Source: Chthoniobacteraceae bacterium
GTDB lineage: Bacteria > Verrucomicrobiota > Verrucomicrobiia > Chthoniobacterales > Chthoniobacteraceae
Direction of reading: 5' to 3'
Assembly: GCA_031409655.1 (NCBI GenBank)
Contig: JANNXQ010000248.1
Coordinates: forward strand, 1 to 44,480
Length of the DNA: 44,480 nt
The notes under the pieces are model-generated. The model made no database searches and was not told the DNA's origin. It saw only the letters and a program-made list of their open reading frames with translations. Made by a program: the position numbers and the translations under genes. This document shows, piece by piece, positions 8,993-17,513 of the stretch. Within the stretch, counting starts at the first letter, position 1, and every line of letters starts with the position of its first letter.

Positions 8993-10069
8993 TCATCGGG
9001 GCGCGGCGGCTTTGCGAAGGCGATCCATGATGGCGACGCCGAGGCCGGTCTCCGGCACGGGTTCGGCGAGGATGAGGTCGAGGCCGGCTTCGTCGAGCCG
9101 GCGGAGTTTGGCAAAAAGTGTGGCAGCGGCTTCGCGGAGGTCGCCGCGAAGGCTGAGAATTTCGGATGCTGCGTAAGGCCCTTCATCCCCCTCTTTGTTC
9201 CAACCAAGCCAGCCGACCTTCATCCCAGGAACGCCGCGCAAGTGCGCGCCGGCACCCAAAATTTTCATCGGCGTCCGCGGCGCGTAGTGGCTGGCAAGTT
9301 GTCCTGGCGATTCGATGTGTACCTTCGAGTCGCCGCGGAGCATGGCGCTAAAGGAAAGGCCCAGCGCCGCAAAGAACGCACTCACTTCGGCTTCGGAAGG
9401 CCGTTCGCCGCGCCGCTCACAGACTTCTTTCCACAGTCCGGCCAGATCCTCTGCGGTCACGGGACCAGCGCGAAGCAACCGCAGTTTCGTTCCCTCCACC
9501 GCGACGATCGTGGACTCGAGGCCGTGCGTCGTCGGGCCGCCATCGACTACGAGCGGGATGCGGCCGCCGAGTTCGGTGACGACGTGGGCGGCGACGGTGG
9601 GGCTGATGCGGCCGAAGCGGTTTGCGCTCGGTGCGGCGAGGGGCTTGCCGAAGCTCTGGATGACCGCGCGGAAGACGGGATGCGCACTCATTCGCACGGC
9701 CACGGTCTCGAGCCCGGAGGTCACGAGGTCCGGCACGAGCGGCTGGCGCGGGAGCACGAGGGTGAGCGGTCCGGGCCAGAACCTGGCGATCAGCGCGTCC
9801 ACGAGCGCGCGGCTCTCCGAGGGAATTTTCGTGATGCGCTCGAGCCAATCCATTCCGGGCAAATGCACGATGAGAGGATCGAAAAAAGGGCGCTCCTTGG
9901 CCTCAAAGATCTTCACCACTGCGTCGGGCCTCAGCGCATCGGCGGCGAGGCCATAGACGGTCTCGGTCGGAAGCGCGACGACTTCGCCGAGCTTCAGAAG
10001 GGCGGCAGCGCGTGCTACGGCAGCCTCGAGGTCCTTGGGGGTGTCCGTTGCTGCACGCTCCGTCTCCAT
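8993..10069 (-). CDS. tsaC: L-threonylcarbamoyladenylate synthase (YrdC/Sua5 type)
   Basis: VALPTETVYGLAADA, KERPFFDPLIVH, FWPGPLT, AAPSANRFG, SHYAP, C-terminal Sua5 domain; start trimmed to METERAA because the upstream extension is a translated repeat. Confidence 0.93.
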   Translation of the reverse strand: METERAATDTPKDLEAAVARAAALLKLGEVVALPTETVYGLAADALRPDAVVKIFEAKERPFFDPLIVHLPGMDWLERITKIPSESRALVDALIARFWPGPLTLVLPRQPLVPDLVTSGLETVAVRMSAHPVFRAVIQSFGKPLAAPSANRFGRISPTVAAHVVTELGGRIPLVVDGGPTTHGLESTIVAVEGTKLRLLRAGPVTAEDLAGLWKEVCERRGERPSEAEVSAFFAALGLSFSAMLRGDSKVHIESPGQLASHYAPRTPMKILGAGAHLRGVPGMKVGWLGWNKEGDEGPYAASEILSLRGDLREAAATLFAKLRRLDEAGLDLILAEPVPETGLGVAIMDRLRKAAAPR

Positions 10070-10102
10070 CAGCGCGACCGGGCGGAAAGTGATCGCTGGG
10101 AA

Positions 10103-10210
10103 AAAGCGGCGCGGGGACGCGCCGCACTCCAAAGCGCTGCGCGCAAAAGAAACCGGAAGCCTCGTTTCGCGCGCAGCGCTTTGGAGTGCGGTGCGTCCTC
10201 GCGCCGCTTT
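10103..10210. repeat. 42-bp inverted repeat containing GGAG-type REP hairpins
   Basis: 10103-10144 versus 10169-10210, 40/42 complementary, both mismatches G.U-compatible on the + strand; each arm is TTGGAG-T-GCGGYGCG-TCCY-CGCGCCGC-TTT. Confidence 0.88.
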
Positions 10211-10250
10211 CTTTCCGCACCGGAAGCCGGGCTCGAGCACGCTGGGGTCA

Positions 10251-11423
10251 TCACCTGCGGATAAGCCGCTCGCGGGCGGCGCGGACCTGGCGGGCGGCGT
10301 CCTCGGGGTCGCGACCGAAGGCCACGAGGTGTCCCATCTTCCGTCCGCGGCGCGGCTCCGTTTTGCCGTAGAGATGCAGCTTCACATCCGGCACGCTGAG
10401 CGCGGCGGCCCAGTCGGGTTCGCCCGTGGCCCAGAGATCGCCGAGGAGATTTGCCATCGCGGCGGGGCGCAGCGATTCGGTGGAACCGAGCGGCAGTCCG
10501 CAGATCGCGCGGAGCTGTTGCTCAAACTGGCTGGTGACACTGGCGTCGAAGGAATAGTGGCCGCTGTTGTGCGGACGCGGCGCGAGTTCATTCACGAGCA
10601 GCTTCCCATCCGGCAGCAGGAACATCTCGACCGCGAGCAAGCCGACGAGGCCGAGCCTCTCCGCAATCTCTCCAGCGAGCGTTCGCGCCGCGCGATCCAC
10701 TTCGGGAGTCACATTTCCGGGGACGATGGTGATGTCGAGGATGTGGTTGCGATGCACATTTTCACAGACCGGATAGGTGACGAGTTCGCCCTCCAAGCTG
10801 CGCGCCACGAGCACCGAGATCTCCTTTTCAAAGCGCACGAACTGCTCCAGCACCGCCGCGCCGCCATCGAAGGGCGCCCACACTTCCGCGAGTTCATTGC
10901 GGGCTTCGATCTTCCGCTGCCCTTTCCCGTCGTAGCCAAAGGACGCCGTCTTCAGCACCGCGGGCGTGCCGATCCGCTCCAGCGCGGCGCCGAGTTCCGC
11001 GACGCTGGTCAGGTGCGCGAAGGCCGGGAGCGGAAAGCCGTTGCTCTCGAGAAATCCTTTCTCGCGGAGGCGATGCTGGCAGATGTGGAGCACCCCAGCG
11101 GAAGGTCGCACGTCGCAGAATTCGGCCGCCCACGCGATCGTCGGCGTCGGCACATTTTCAAACTCAAAGGTGAGCACATCGATCCCGCGGGCAAAGTCGC
11201 GCACCGCCGCCGCGTCGTCGTAGCTCGCCGCCACTTCACGATCCGCGAGCTGGCCAGTGGGCGTGTCTTCCTCAGGCGAAAAAGTATGCACGCGGTAGCC
11301 CATGCGCCGCGCGGCGATGGCAAACATGCGCCCAAGCTGCCCGCCACCCATGACACCCACCGTGCTGCCCGGCAGATAGACCCGCGAGGCATTGACCGGC
11401 AGATGATGGAACTGCGCGCTCAT
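10251..11423 (-). CDS. purK: N5-carboxyaminoimidazole ribonucleotide synthase
   Basis: [40 protein letters not shown]. Confidence 0.96.
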   Translation of the reverse strand: MSAQFHHLPVNASRVYLPGSTVGVMGGGQLGRMFAIAARRMGYRVHTFSPEEDTPTGQLADREVAASYDDAAAVRDFARGIDVLTFEFENVPTPTIAWAAEFCDVRPSAGVLHICQHRLREKGFLESNGFPLPAFAHLTSVAELGAALERIGTPAVLKTASFGYDGKGQRKIEARNELAEVWAPFDGGAAVLEQFVRFEKEISVLVARSLEGELVTYPVCENVHRNHILDITIVPGNVTPEVDRAARTLAGEIAERLGLVGLLAVEMFLLPDGKLLVNELAPRPHNSGHYSFDASVTSQFEQQLRAICGLPLGSTESLRPAAMANLLGDLWATGEPDWAAALSVPDVKLHLYGKTEPRRGRKMGHLVAFGRDPEDAARQVRAARERLIRR

Positions 11424-11917
11424 TCCAGCGTCGTCGCGAGGACCTCGTTGGTCTGGAGCAGGCGAAAGCCTTCGAGCCGGCTCTTCACTCCCTCATCGCT
11501 CAAGGCCAGAATGCTGGCGGAAAGGATCGCCGCATTCTTCGCTCCCGCAGGCCCGATGGCCAGCGTGCCCACCGGCACGCCGCCCGGCATTTGCGAGATG
11601 GAAAGCAGCGAATCGAGCCCTTTCAAAGCGCGACTCTCCACGGGCACGCCGAGCACCGGCAGCCACGTGAAAGCCGCGATCATCCCCGGCAAATGCGCCG
11701 CGCCGCCGGCTCCCGCGACGATCACCCGCAGCCCGCGCGCCGCTGCTTCGCGCGCATATTGCGCCATGAGATCGGGAGTGCGATGCGCGGAGATCACGCG
11801 GCACTCGTGGGGGATCTCGAGCAGATCGAGCATCTCGGAGGCATGGCCCATGGTGTCCCAGTCGGACTTGCTACCCATGACGACAGAGACGAGCGGATTG
11901 GCGGATTTGAATTGCAC
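11420..11917 (-). CDS. purE: N5-carboxyaminoimidazole ribonucleotide mutase
   Basis: [32 protein letters not shown]. Confidence 0.96.
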   Translation of the reverse strand: MQFKSANPLVSVVMGSKSDWDTMGHASEMLDLLEIPHECRVISAHRTPDLMAQYAREAAARGLRVIVAGAGGAAHLPGMIAAFTWLPVLGVPVESRALKGLDSLLSISQMPGGVPVGTLAIGPAGAKNAAILSASILALSDEGVKSRLEGFRLLQTNEVLATTLE

Positions 11918-12032
11918 GAGGGCGTGTTAGGGAATTGCCGCACGGAAGTCAAAAGGGCAGGCGCAGTGAACTTTTGGAAATCCAATGCGCGCTTGCCAGA
12001 CCGCCGCAAATGACGGAGCTAAGGAAAACTAT

Positions 12033-12047
12033 TGAGATTGATTCTCA
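12033..12047. promoter_or_regulatory. Fur-family (Fur/PerR-like) 7-1-7 operator
   Basis: TGAGATT-G-ATTCTCA, a near-perfect 7-1-7 palindrome resembling the Fur box TGATAAT-N-ATTATCA, in an AT-rich patch 37 bp upstream of an iron-related operon. Confidence 0.72.
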
Positions 12048-12084
12048 CTTCACCAATTCTCCACGTTCCATTCCGCCAGCAACC

Positions 12085-12597
12085 ATGAGTCACCACGCTT
12101 CCAACGCCTTTGAGCTCCAGGGCCGTTTCGCCGGATTTTTCCGCGACGTCTTTGGCCGGCGGCGCCTAGTGCTGCGGGTGGCGGGTGAAGAGCGGTACCT
12201 GAAGGTGCCGAAAGCCCTCCGCAAGGAACTCGACGGAACCCTCCGCACCGGCCAGGAACTGATCGTCTCAGGTTCCGACGCCCCCGCGGAAGCCGATGCG
12301 CCCGGCGAGCCAGTGGTGTCGCAGGTGCGCGTGGCCGGGCAGGCGGCTTGTGTGACGTGTCCGATCCGGATCTGCACAAAGAAAAATTGCTGGCGCAATG
12401 GGGGGCGGGAGCTTTGGACCACCTTGGAAAAGAAGATCGAGGCCGCTGGCCTGAGCGACAGTGTGCGGCTGAAGGCCGTCGGCTGCATGGACCACTGCAA
12501 ACGCGGGCCGAATGCGGAGTTTGGCGGTCGGGACTTTCACCACTGCTCAACGCGCTCGGCAGACCAAATCCTCGAGTCCTTCGCCGAACCAGCCTGA
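12085..12597 (+). CDS. thioredoxin-like (2Fe-2S) ferredoxin domain protein with N-terminal beta-rich extension
   Basis: ICTKKNCWRNGG ... GCMDHCKRGPN (C-x4-C...C-x3-C); start trimmed to ATG 12085 downstream of the Fur box. Confidence 0.82.
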   Translation: MSHHASNAFELQGRFAGFFRDVFGRRRLVLRVAGEERYLKVPKALRKELDGTLRTGQELIVSGSDAPAEADAPGEPVVSQVRVAGQAACVTCPIRICTKKNCWRNGGRELWTTLEKKIEAAGLSDSVRLKAVGCMDHCKRGPNAEFGGRDFHHCSTRSADQILESFAEPA

Positions 12598-12674
12598 TCT
12601 GACCGAATCGGAAAACATCCCGCGATGCCCTTTGATGCGTATAAAATTGTCACGAAAACTTAACCACCGAACTC

Positions 12675-13154
12675 ATGAGCACCACTACCCCCAAATCCAC
12701 TGCCACCGCCAAAAAAGATACCCGCGTGATCGACGGCCTGAATCTCGTCCTCGCTGATTCCTACGCTCTCATGGCGCTGACGCACCTCGCCCACTGGAAC
12801 GTCGAAGGCCCCGACTTCTTCCCGCTCCACCAAGCCTTCCAGGCGCAGTATGAAAATCTCTTCGAGGCTATCGACGAACTCGCCGAGCGGGTGCGCGCCC
12901 TCGACGCCTATGCTATCGGCGGCCTCAGTGCGCTGCATCGCGTCGCGCAACTCAGCGAATTCAAATCTCCACTGCCGCAGAGGGACTACGTGGCCGCGCT
13001 CATCGTCGCTCACGAAAAGGTCGTCGATGATGCCGTCCGCGGGCGCGACCTCGCCGGCGAGAGCAATGATCTGCAAACGCAAGACCTGCTGATCGGCCGC
13101 CTCCAGTGGCATGAAAAATCGCTCTGGATGCTGAAGAGCTATCTCAAGGGCTAA
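12675..13154 (+). CDS. dps: Dps family DNA-protection / mini-ferritin
   Basis: THLAHWNVEGPDFFPLH, IDELAERVRAL, HEKSLWML. Confidence 0.95.
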   Translation: MSTTTPKSTATAKKDTRVIDGLNLVLADSYALMALTHLAHWNVEGPDFFPLHQAFQAQYENLFEAIDELAERVRALDAYAIGGLSALHRVAQLSEFKSPLPQRDYVAALIVAHEKVVDDAVRGRDLAGESNDLQTQDLLIGRLQWHEKSLWMLKSYLKG

Positions 13155-13159
13155 ACGTC

Positions 13160-13648
13160 ATGGAACAGGCCGCCTGTCACACCTCACTCCAGACCCAGTG
13201 TACGCCCGCAGAATGCCGCGGGCGCTGCGCCGTGGAGGTGATCGACGAACTGCTCACCGAGCGCGGCGCGACGAGCGGCGAAGAGGCGGACCTCCTGCTC
13301 GATCTGCGCTGGAAGCTGGGGACCCGCGCAGACGCGGAAGACGCGTTGCGGATTTTTTGCGAGCTGCGTCGGCGCATGGAAGGGCGGCACTACCTCGCCT
13401 TTTTCCGACTCCGGCGGTGGCTGGAGCAGCACCTCCTCGCTGCCGTGCGCAGCAGCCCCACGGCCGAGCCGCGGTGCGTGGGCGTGCCGCTCGATCATTA
13501 CTGCGTGGAAGCCATCCGGCGCCTCTGCCTCTGCGCGGCGCTGGGTCTCGGCCATGCGCTGGTCGCGCCCCGGTTGTTTTTTCAATACCGTCGCGCGGTG
13601 CGCAGTGGTGAAGCGACTGCGGCCGCGGCTGGCCATGCCGCAGGCTGA
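13160..13648 (+). CDS. hypothetical cysteine-rich protein
   Basis: Starts 5 bp after dps; protein-like composition; 9 Cys; no family recognised. Confidence 0.7.
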   Translation: MEQAACHTSLQTQCTPAECRGRCAVEVIDELLTERGATSGEEADLLLDLRWKLGTRADAEDALRIFCELRRRMEGRHYLAFFRLRRWLEQHLLAAVRSSPTAEPRCVGVPLDHYCVEAIRRLCLCAALGLGHALVAPRLFFQYRRAVRSGEATAAAAGHAAG

Positions 13649-13742
13649 GGCCTGAATGCCGGTTGCAGGTTCTCGGGAGCTTTGAGCACATGTTCATCTG
13701 GCGCGGTCCGCGGCGCTCCTCCACCATCCCCGCCCCGCCCTC

Positions 13743-14384
13743 ATGAACCACCAGCAACTCCTCGAAATCTTCCTCAAAGGTGGCCCGATCATGTGGCCGC
13801 TGCTGCTGGTCTCCATCGCCGCGCTGGCCACCGTGCTGGAGCGGCTCGTCTTTCTCGCCACGGAGAAATCGCGGCGCAGCCGGAAAGAGCTCGGCGAGGT
13901 CTTCGCACGGGTGGAGCGCGGCGATCCCGAGGGCGCGGTGCGGCTTGGGCGCGGTTCGCGCGATTACGTGGCGCGGGTCATGACGGCGGCCCTGGAGGAA
14001 AGGAAGAGCAGCTTTACCAATGCGCTGCTCGCCGCGAGTGCGGAGGAGTTGAAACGCTTCAACCGCGGCCTGCCGCTGCTCGATACCGTGATCACGCTTT
14101 CCCCGCTGCTCGGTCTGCTCGGCACCGTCGTCGGCATGATCCACAGCTTCGGCCTCATCGCTGGCGAACTCGATGCACCCGCAGCGATCACGGGCGGAAT
14201 CGCGGAGGCACTCATCGCCACGGCCTTCGGTCTCGGCATCGCGATCACCGCGCTGCTGCCCTTCAACTACCTGAACACAAAACTCGAAGACGCCCGGCGC
14301 GAACTCGAAGTCGCGGGCAATCGGCTGGAGATCCTGCTGGTGAAGCATTCGGCCGCTCCGGCGCGCGAGCCTCAGGAGGCCTGA
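13743..14384 (+). CDS. exbB: MotA/TolQ/ExbB proton channel
   Basis: GGPIMWPL, PLLGLLGTVVGMI, GGIAEALIATAFGL. Confidence 0.92.
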   Translation: MNHQQLLEIFLKGGPIMWPLLLVSIAALATVLERLVFLATEKSRRSRKELGEVFARVERGDPEGAVRLGRGSRDYVARVMTAALEERKSSFTNALLAASAEELKRFNRGLPLLDTVITLSPLLGLLGTVVGMIHSFGLIAGELDAPAAITGGIAEALIATAFGLGIAITALLPFNYLNTKLEDARRELEVAGNRLEILLVKHSAAPAREPQEA

Positions 14385-14387
14385 GCG

Positions 14388-14840
14388 ATGCCGGTCACCA
14401 TCCCATCGCCAAGTGCGAAGCGGCGCGCCCGCATCGAGATCATCCCGCTGATCGACATCATCTTTTTCCTCCTTGCGACTTTCGTGATGGTGAGCCTTTC
14501 GATGGTGAAAAACAAAGGCATCACGGTGAACCTGCCCGTCGCCGCGACCGCGCAGCCGCAGGATCGGAAGGACTTTGCGAGCATCAGCATCACGGAGAAA
14601 GGCGAGGTCTTCTTTGACGAGCAACTCGTCACGCCCGCGGAGCTCGAGGCGTCACTGCGCGACCTGCTCGCGGCAAATCCGGAGCCGAAGGTTTTCATCA
14701 ATGGCGACACCAAGGCGGAGTATGGCAAAGCGGTCGAAGTGCTCGATACGGCGCGCCGGCTCGGCATCGTGAAGATCGCGATCGAGACGCGGACGAAAAC
14801 CGCCGCGCCGCCGTCGCCACCGTCGCCGCAGCAGCCGTGA
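14388..14840 (+). CDS. exbD: ExbD/TolR biopolymer transport protein
   Basis: EIIPLIDIIFFLLATFVM with the conserved Asp; FINGD. Confidence 0.92.
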   Translation: MPVTIPSPSAKRRARIEIIPLIDIIFFLLATFVMVSLSMVKNKGITVNLPVAATAQPQDRKDFASISITEKGEVFFDEQLVTPAELEASLRDLLAANPEPKVFINGDTKAEYGKAVEVLDTARRLGIVKIAIETRTKTAAPPSPPSPQQP

Positions 14841-15535
14841 GCTTTCCCTCGCGCACGGGCTATCTCGCCATCGCGGTCGCGATCCATGCGGGCGTGCTCT
14901 GGGGCGTCCACTTCGGTCCGCCTGCCTTCATCTCCTCGGAGGAAGAGCCCGGGGAAGCGATCGAAGTCGGGCTCGTGGAAAGCGCCGAACCCTCTCCCGA
15001 ACCGCCCGCACCACCGGAACCGCCACCGCAGCCCCAGCCGATGCCGGAGCCGCCCCCCCCACCGAAAGACGCGATTCCCGAGCCCACGCCAGCCGTCGAA
15101 CCCCCGAAGCCCGAGCCACCCAAGCCCAAGCCCGCGCCACGACCGCCGACCCAGCCTGCGCCTCGCCCCAGCGCGCCCGCGGCCACCACTCCCACTGCCG
15201 GCGGATCACGCATCGGAAATCCTGGCCCTCCAACCGCCGCCAAATCCGGCCGCGGCGACGCCGCTCATGCGAGCTGGCGCAGTCGGGTGCGACCCTCGTA
15301 TCCCGCCGCGGCTCGCTCCGCTGGACACGCGGGCCGCGTCCTGATCGTCGTCAATGTGAATGCCCTCGGCCGCGTGAACGGCGCGCGCATTTCCAAGACC
15401 AGCGGCTTCGCCTCGCTCGACCAGGCCGCGCTCTCCGCCGCGCGCGCTTCCACTTACACTCCCAAGCGCATCGCCGGCGTGCCGCTTCCGGACACCATCA
15501 CGATCCCGTACACTTTCCGCCTGGAAGACCGCTGA
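14837..15535 (+). CDS. tonB: TonB energy transducer
   Basis: N-terminal TM with His (VAIHAG), Pro-rich linker, C-terminal PSYPAAAR...TSGFASLDQAAL...YTFRL. Confidence 0.9.
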   Translation: MSFPSRTGYLAIAVAIHAGVLWGVHFGPPAFISSEEEPGEAIEVGLVESAEPSPEPPAPPEPPPQPQPMPEPPPPPKDAIPEPTPAVEPPKPEPPKPKPAPRPPTQPAPRPSAPAATTPTAGGSRIGNPGPPTAAKSGRGDAAHASWRSRVRPSYPAAARSAGHAGRVLIVVNVNALGRVNGARISKTSGFASLDQAALSAARASTYTPKRIAGVPLPDTITIPYTFRLEDR

Positions 15536-15584
15536 CGTTTTCGCCGACCGCAGCCCCCGCCGGGCTCGCAGCAGGGGGACGCTC

Positions 15585-15965
15585 CTAGTCCTCTTTGTGA
15601 TCGCCGTGGCAGGCCTTGCAGTTGACAGCTTCCTTGTAGCCTGCCGCAGCCCCGGCCTTTTTCGCCACCACGCCTTCGGTCGCCGCAACGAGCTTCGCCA
15701 CTTTTTCCTTAAACGCCGCCGGCTCGCCCTTCGGCGGTTTCGAGTCGAGCATCGCCCGGTAGAGATCCAGCGTCTTTTGCACGTCCGCGTCGCTGGCCGT
15801 GCCTTCCACGATTTTCTCGCTGAGCTTTTTTTCGCCCTTGGGCGCTTTGTGGGCAAATTTCATCGCGTCCTTGATCCGCTCGTCGTCCTCGGCGGCGAAG
15901 GCTGCGGAGACGCCGAACGCGAGCACGGCAGCAAAGGTGGTGTGGAGGATGGTTGGGAGCTGCAT
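15585..15965 (-). CDS. class II (c'/c556-like) periplasmic cytochrome c
   Basis: Signal peptide (AAFA), helical body, single C-terminal CKACH heme-binding motif. Confidence 0.82.
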   Translation of the reverse strand: MQLPTILHTTFAAVLAFGVSAAFAAEDDERIKDAMKFAHKAPKGEKKLSEKIVEGTASDADVQKTLDLYRAMLDSKPPKGEPAAFKEKVAKLVAATEGVVAKKAGAAAGYKEAVNCKACHGDHKED

Positions 15966-16025
15966 GAGTGGAGGGGATGTAAGGTCTCCGGTAGCTGAAG
16001 CAGCGGGCGTGCGGCGAGGAAAATT

Positions 16026-16775
16026 TCAGGCCGGACTCGGGAAGCTCTCGGGCATGGCATCGGGCTCGATCGGCTCCAGCGTCCGGCGGTCGATCCAGAG
16101 CGCCTGCCGGCAAAAGAAAAAGCGCGCGTGTCCGTAGTCCTGCCAGCCAGCGGCCTCCGCCAGTGCGCGAAATTCGCGGAAGGAAAAAGCCCGCTCGGCC
16201 GAGAGCCGGGCATCGATGCGCGTCATCTCCTCCCGATACACCAGCGCCGTGAGCGCCCAGACCCCGGCGGTCGTGGCCAGGCTGCGCTCGAGATCGCCGA
16301 CGAAGACGAAGCGGTGCGAATGTTCGCGACAGCAGCGGAGCAGCCGGACGGCGTCCTCTTCGCTGAAATGATGGAGAGCCAGCGAGCAGCACACCAGATC
16401 GTAGGTCTCGGAACTTTCGTAGCTGAGCACATCGGCCTGCTCGTAGCGGATCTCCGGATACTTGCCGCTCTGCTGGCGGGCGATCTCGAGCGTCGAAGCA
16501 TTGGCATCCACGGCGGTGATGCGCAGCACGATGTCGCGCGCGCGCGCCCAGTCGAGCATCAGCCGCGGGAGATCCCCCGCCCCGGTGCAGAGATCGAGCA
16601 CGCGGTAGCAGCGCCCGGGATTCAACCAGGCGGAGAGGAAGCGGCGCATCACGCGATGACTGCCGAAGCGCGCATTCAGCGAGACGAGATTCTCCAGATC
16701 GACGCGCAACTCCGGCGTCACTGGCTGGGGACGGTCCATGAGCTCGGGCTGATTCTTGTCGAAGCGGCGCTTCAT
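16026..16775 (-). CDS. class I SAM-dependent methyltransferase (ELMD-type)
   Basis: PELMD, VLDLCTGAGD, YDLVCCSLALHHF, DARLSAERAFS. Confidence 0.88.
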   Translation of the reverse strand: MKRRFDKNQPELMDRPQPVTPELRVDLENLVSLNARFGSHRVMRRFLSAWLNPGRCYRVLDLCTGAGDLPRLMLDWARARDIVLRITAVDANASTLEIARQQSGKYPEIRYEQADVLSYESSETYDLVCCSLALHHFSEEDAVRLLRCCREHSHRFVFVGDLERSLATTAGVWALTALVYREEMTRIDARLSAERAFSFREFRALAEAAGWQDYGHARFFFCRQALWIDRRTLEPIEPDAMPESFPSPA

Positions 16776-16841
16776 GGGGCGGCGAAGCTAATGGGTCGAG
16801 TGGGTAAAATCGAAGTTTTCCGGTCAGGCAATCGCGCCGAA

Positions 16842-17513
16842 TCAAACGAGGGCGAGCAAGCCGAGCATCCTCCCGGTCTTTCCCTTTTCCGTGCGATACG
16901 AGTAGTAGCGCTCCGGCTGCGCGGCCGTGCAGGTGCCGCAATCGTGGATCTCCCGCACGCCCGCCGCGGCACACTGGGAACGGATGAGCGCGGCGAAATC
17001 GACCTCGTAGTGCGGAGGCCGGATGCACGGGCCGAGCTGCGCGATGAGCTGCTCGGGCTGGCAGCCAAATTCGGCCCGCATCCGCGCGATGGCCACCGCG
17101 GTGATGCCGAGTTCGCTGCCCTTCCGCCCCGAGTGCAGCAGGGCGATGACCCGCCGCTCGGGATCGACGAGATAGACGGTGCAGCAATCTGCGACATAGA
17201 TCCCGAGGCACACTCCGGGATCCGCCGTGATGAGCCCGTCCACGCCGGGCACCGGCAGGACGCTCTGCGCATCCACCACGGCGACATCCGCGCCGTGGAC
17301 TTGCTCGCCGATGACAAAAAACTTCTCCGCCAACCCCAGCGTCTGCCGCGCCGCCGCGTGCTGCGCATCCAGGCGCTGTAATGCCACCTCGCGATCCACG
17401 CGCACCTCGAGTCCCGGCACCCGCCCCGTGAAGGCATGGCGGATCTGCGGCAGCGCGCTCAGCGCCGGGAAAGTCTCCAGGTGGACCGCTGCTGCTGCGC
17501 CCGACGCACTCAC
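16842..17513 (-). CDS. pgeF: PgeF/YfiH (polyphenol oxidase-like, purine nucleoside phosphorylase) family protein
   Basis: EQVHG, DGLIT, VADC, LHSG, LGPCI, CTA...YYSYR...GRM; GTG overlaps the TolC-family stop. Confidence 0.88.
   Translation of the reverse strand: MSASGAAAAVHLETFPALSALPQIRHAFTGRVPGLEVRVDREVALQRLDAQHAAARQTLGLAEKFFVIGEQVHGADVAVVDAQSVLPVPGVDGLITADPGVCLGIYVADCCTVYLVDPERRVIALLHSGRKGSELGITAVAIARMRAEFGCQPEQLIAQLGPCIRPPHYEVDFAALIRSQCAAAGVREIHDCGTCTAAQPERYYSYRTEKGKTGRMLGLLALV

Noticed and set aside
10070..10240. N-terminal extension of tsaC
   Set aside because: Translation of the 42-bp inverted repeat, not YrdC sequence
14990..15200. Repetitive DNA in tonB
   Set aside because: Ordinary Pro-rich TonB linker coding sequence
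15550..15585. Bidirectional terminator between tonB and the cytochrome c gene
   Set aside because: Only an imperfect CCCCC...GGGGG stem with no U tract on either strand
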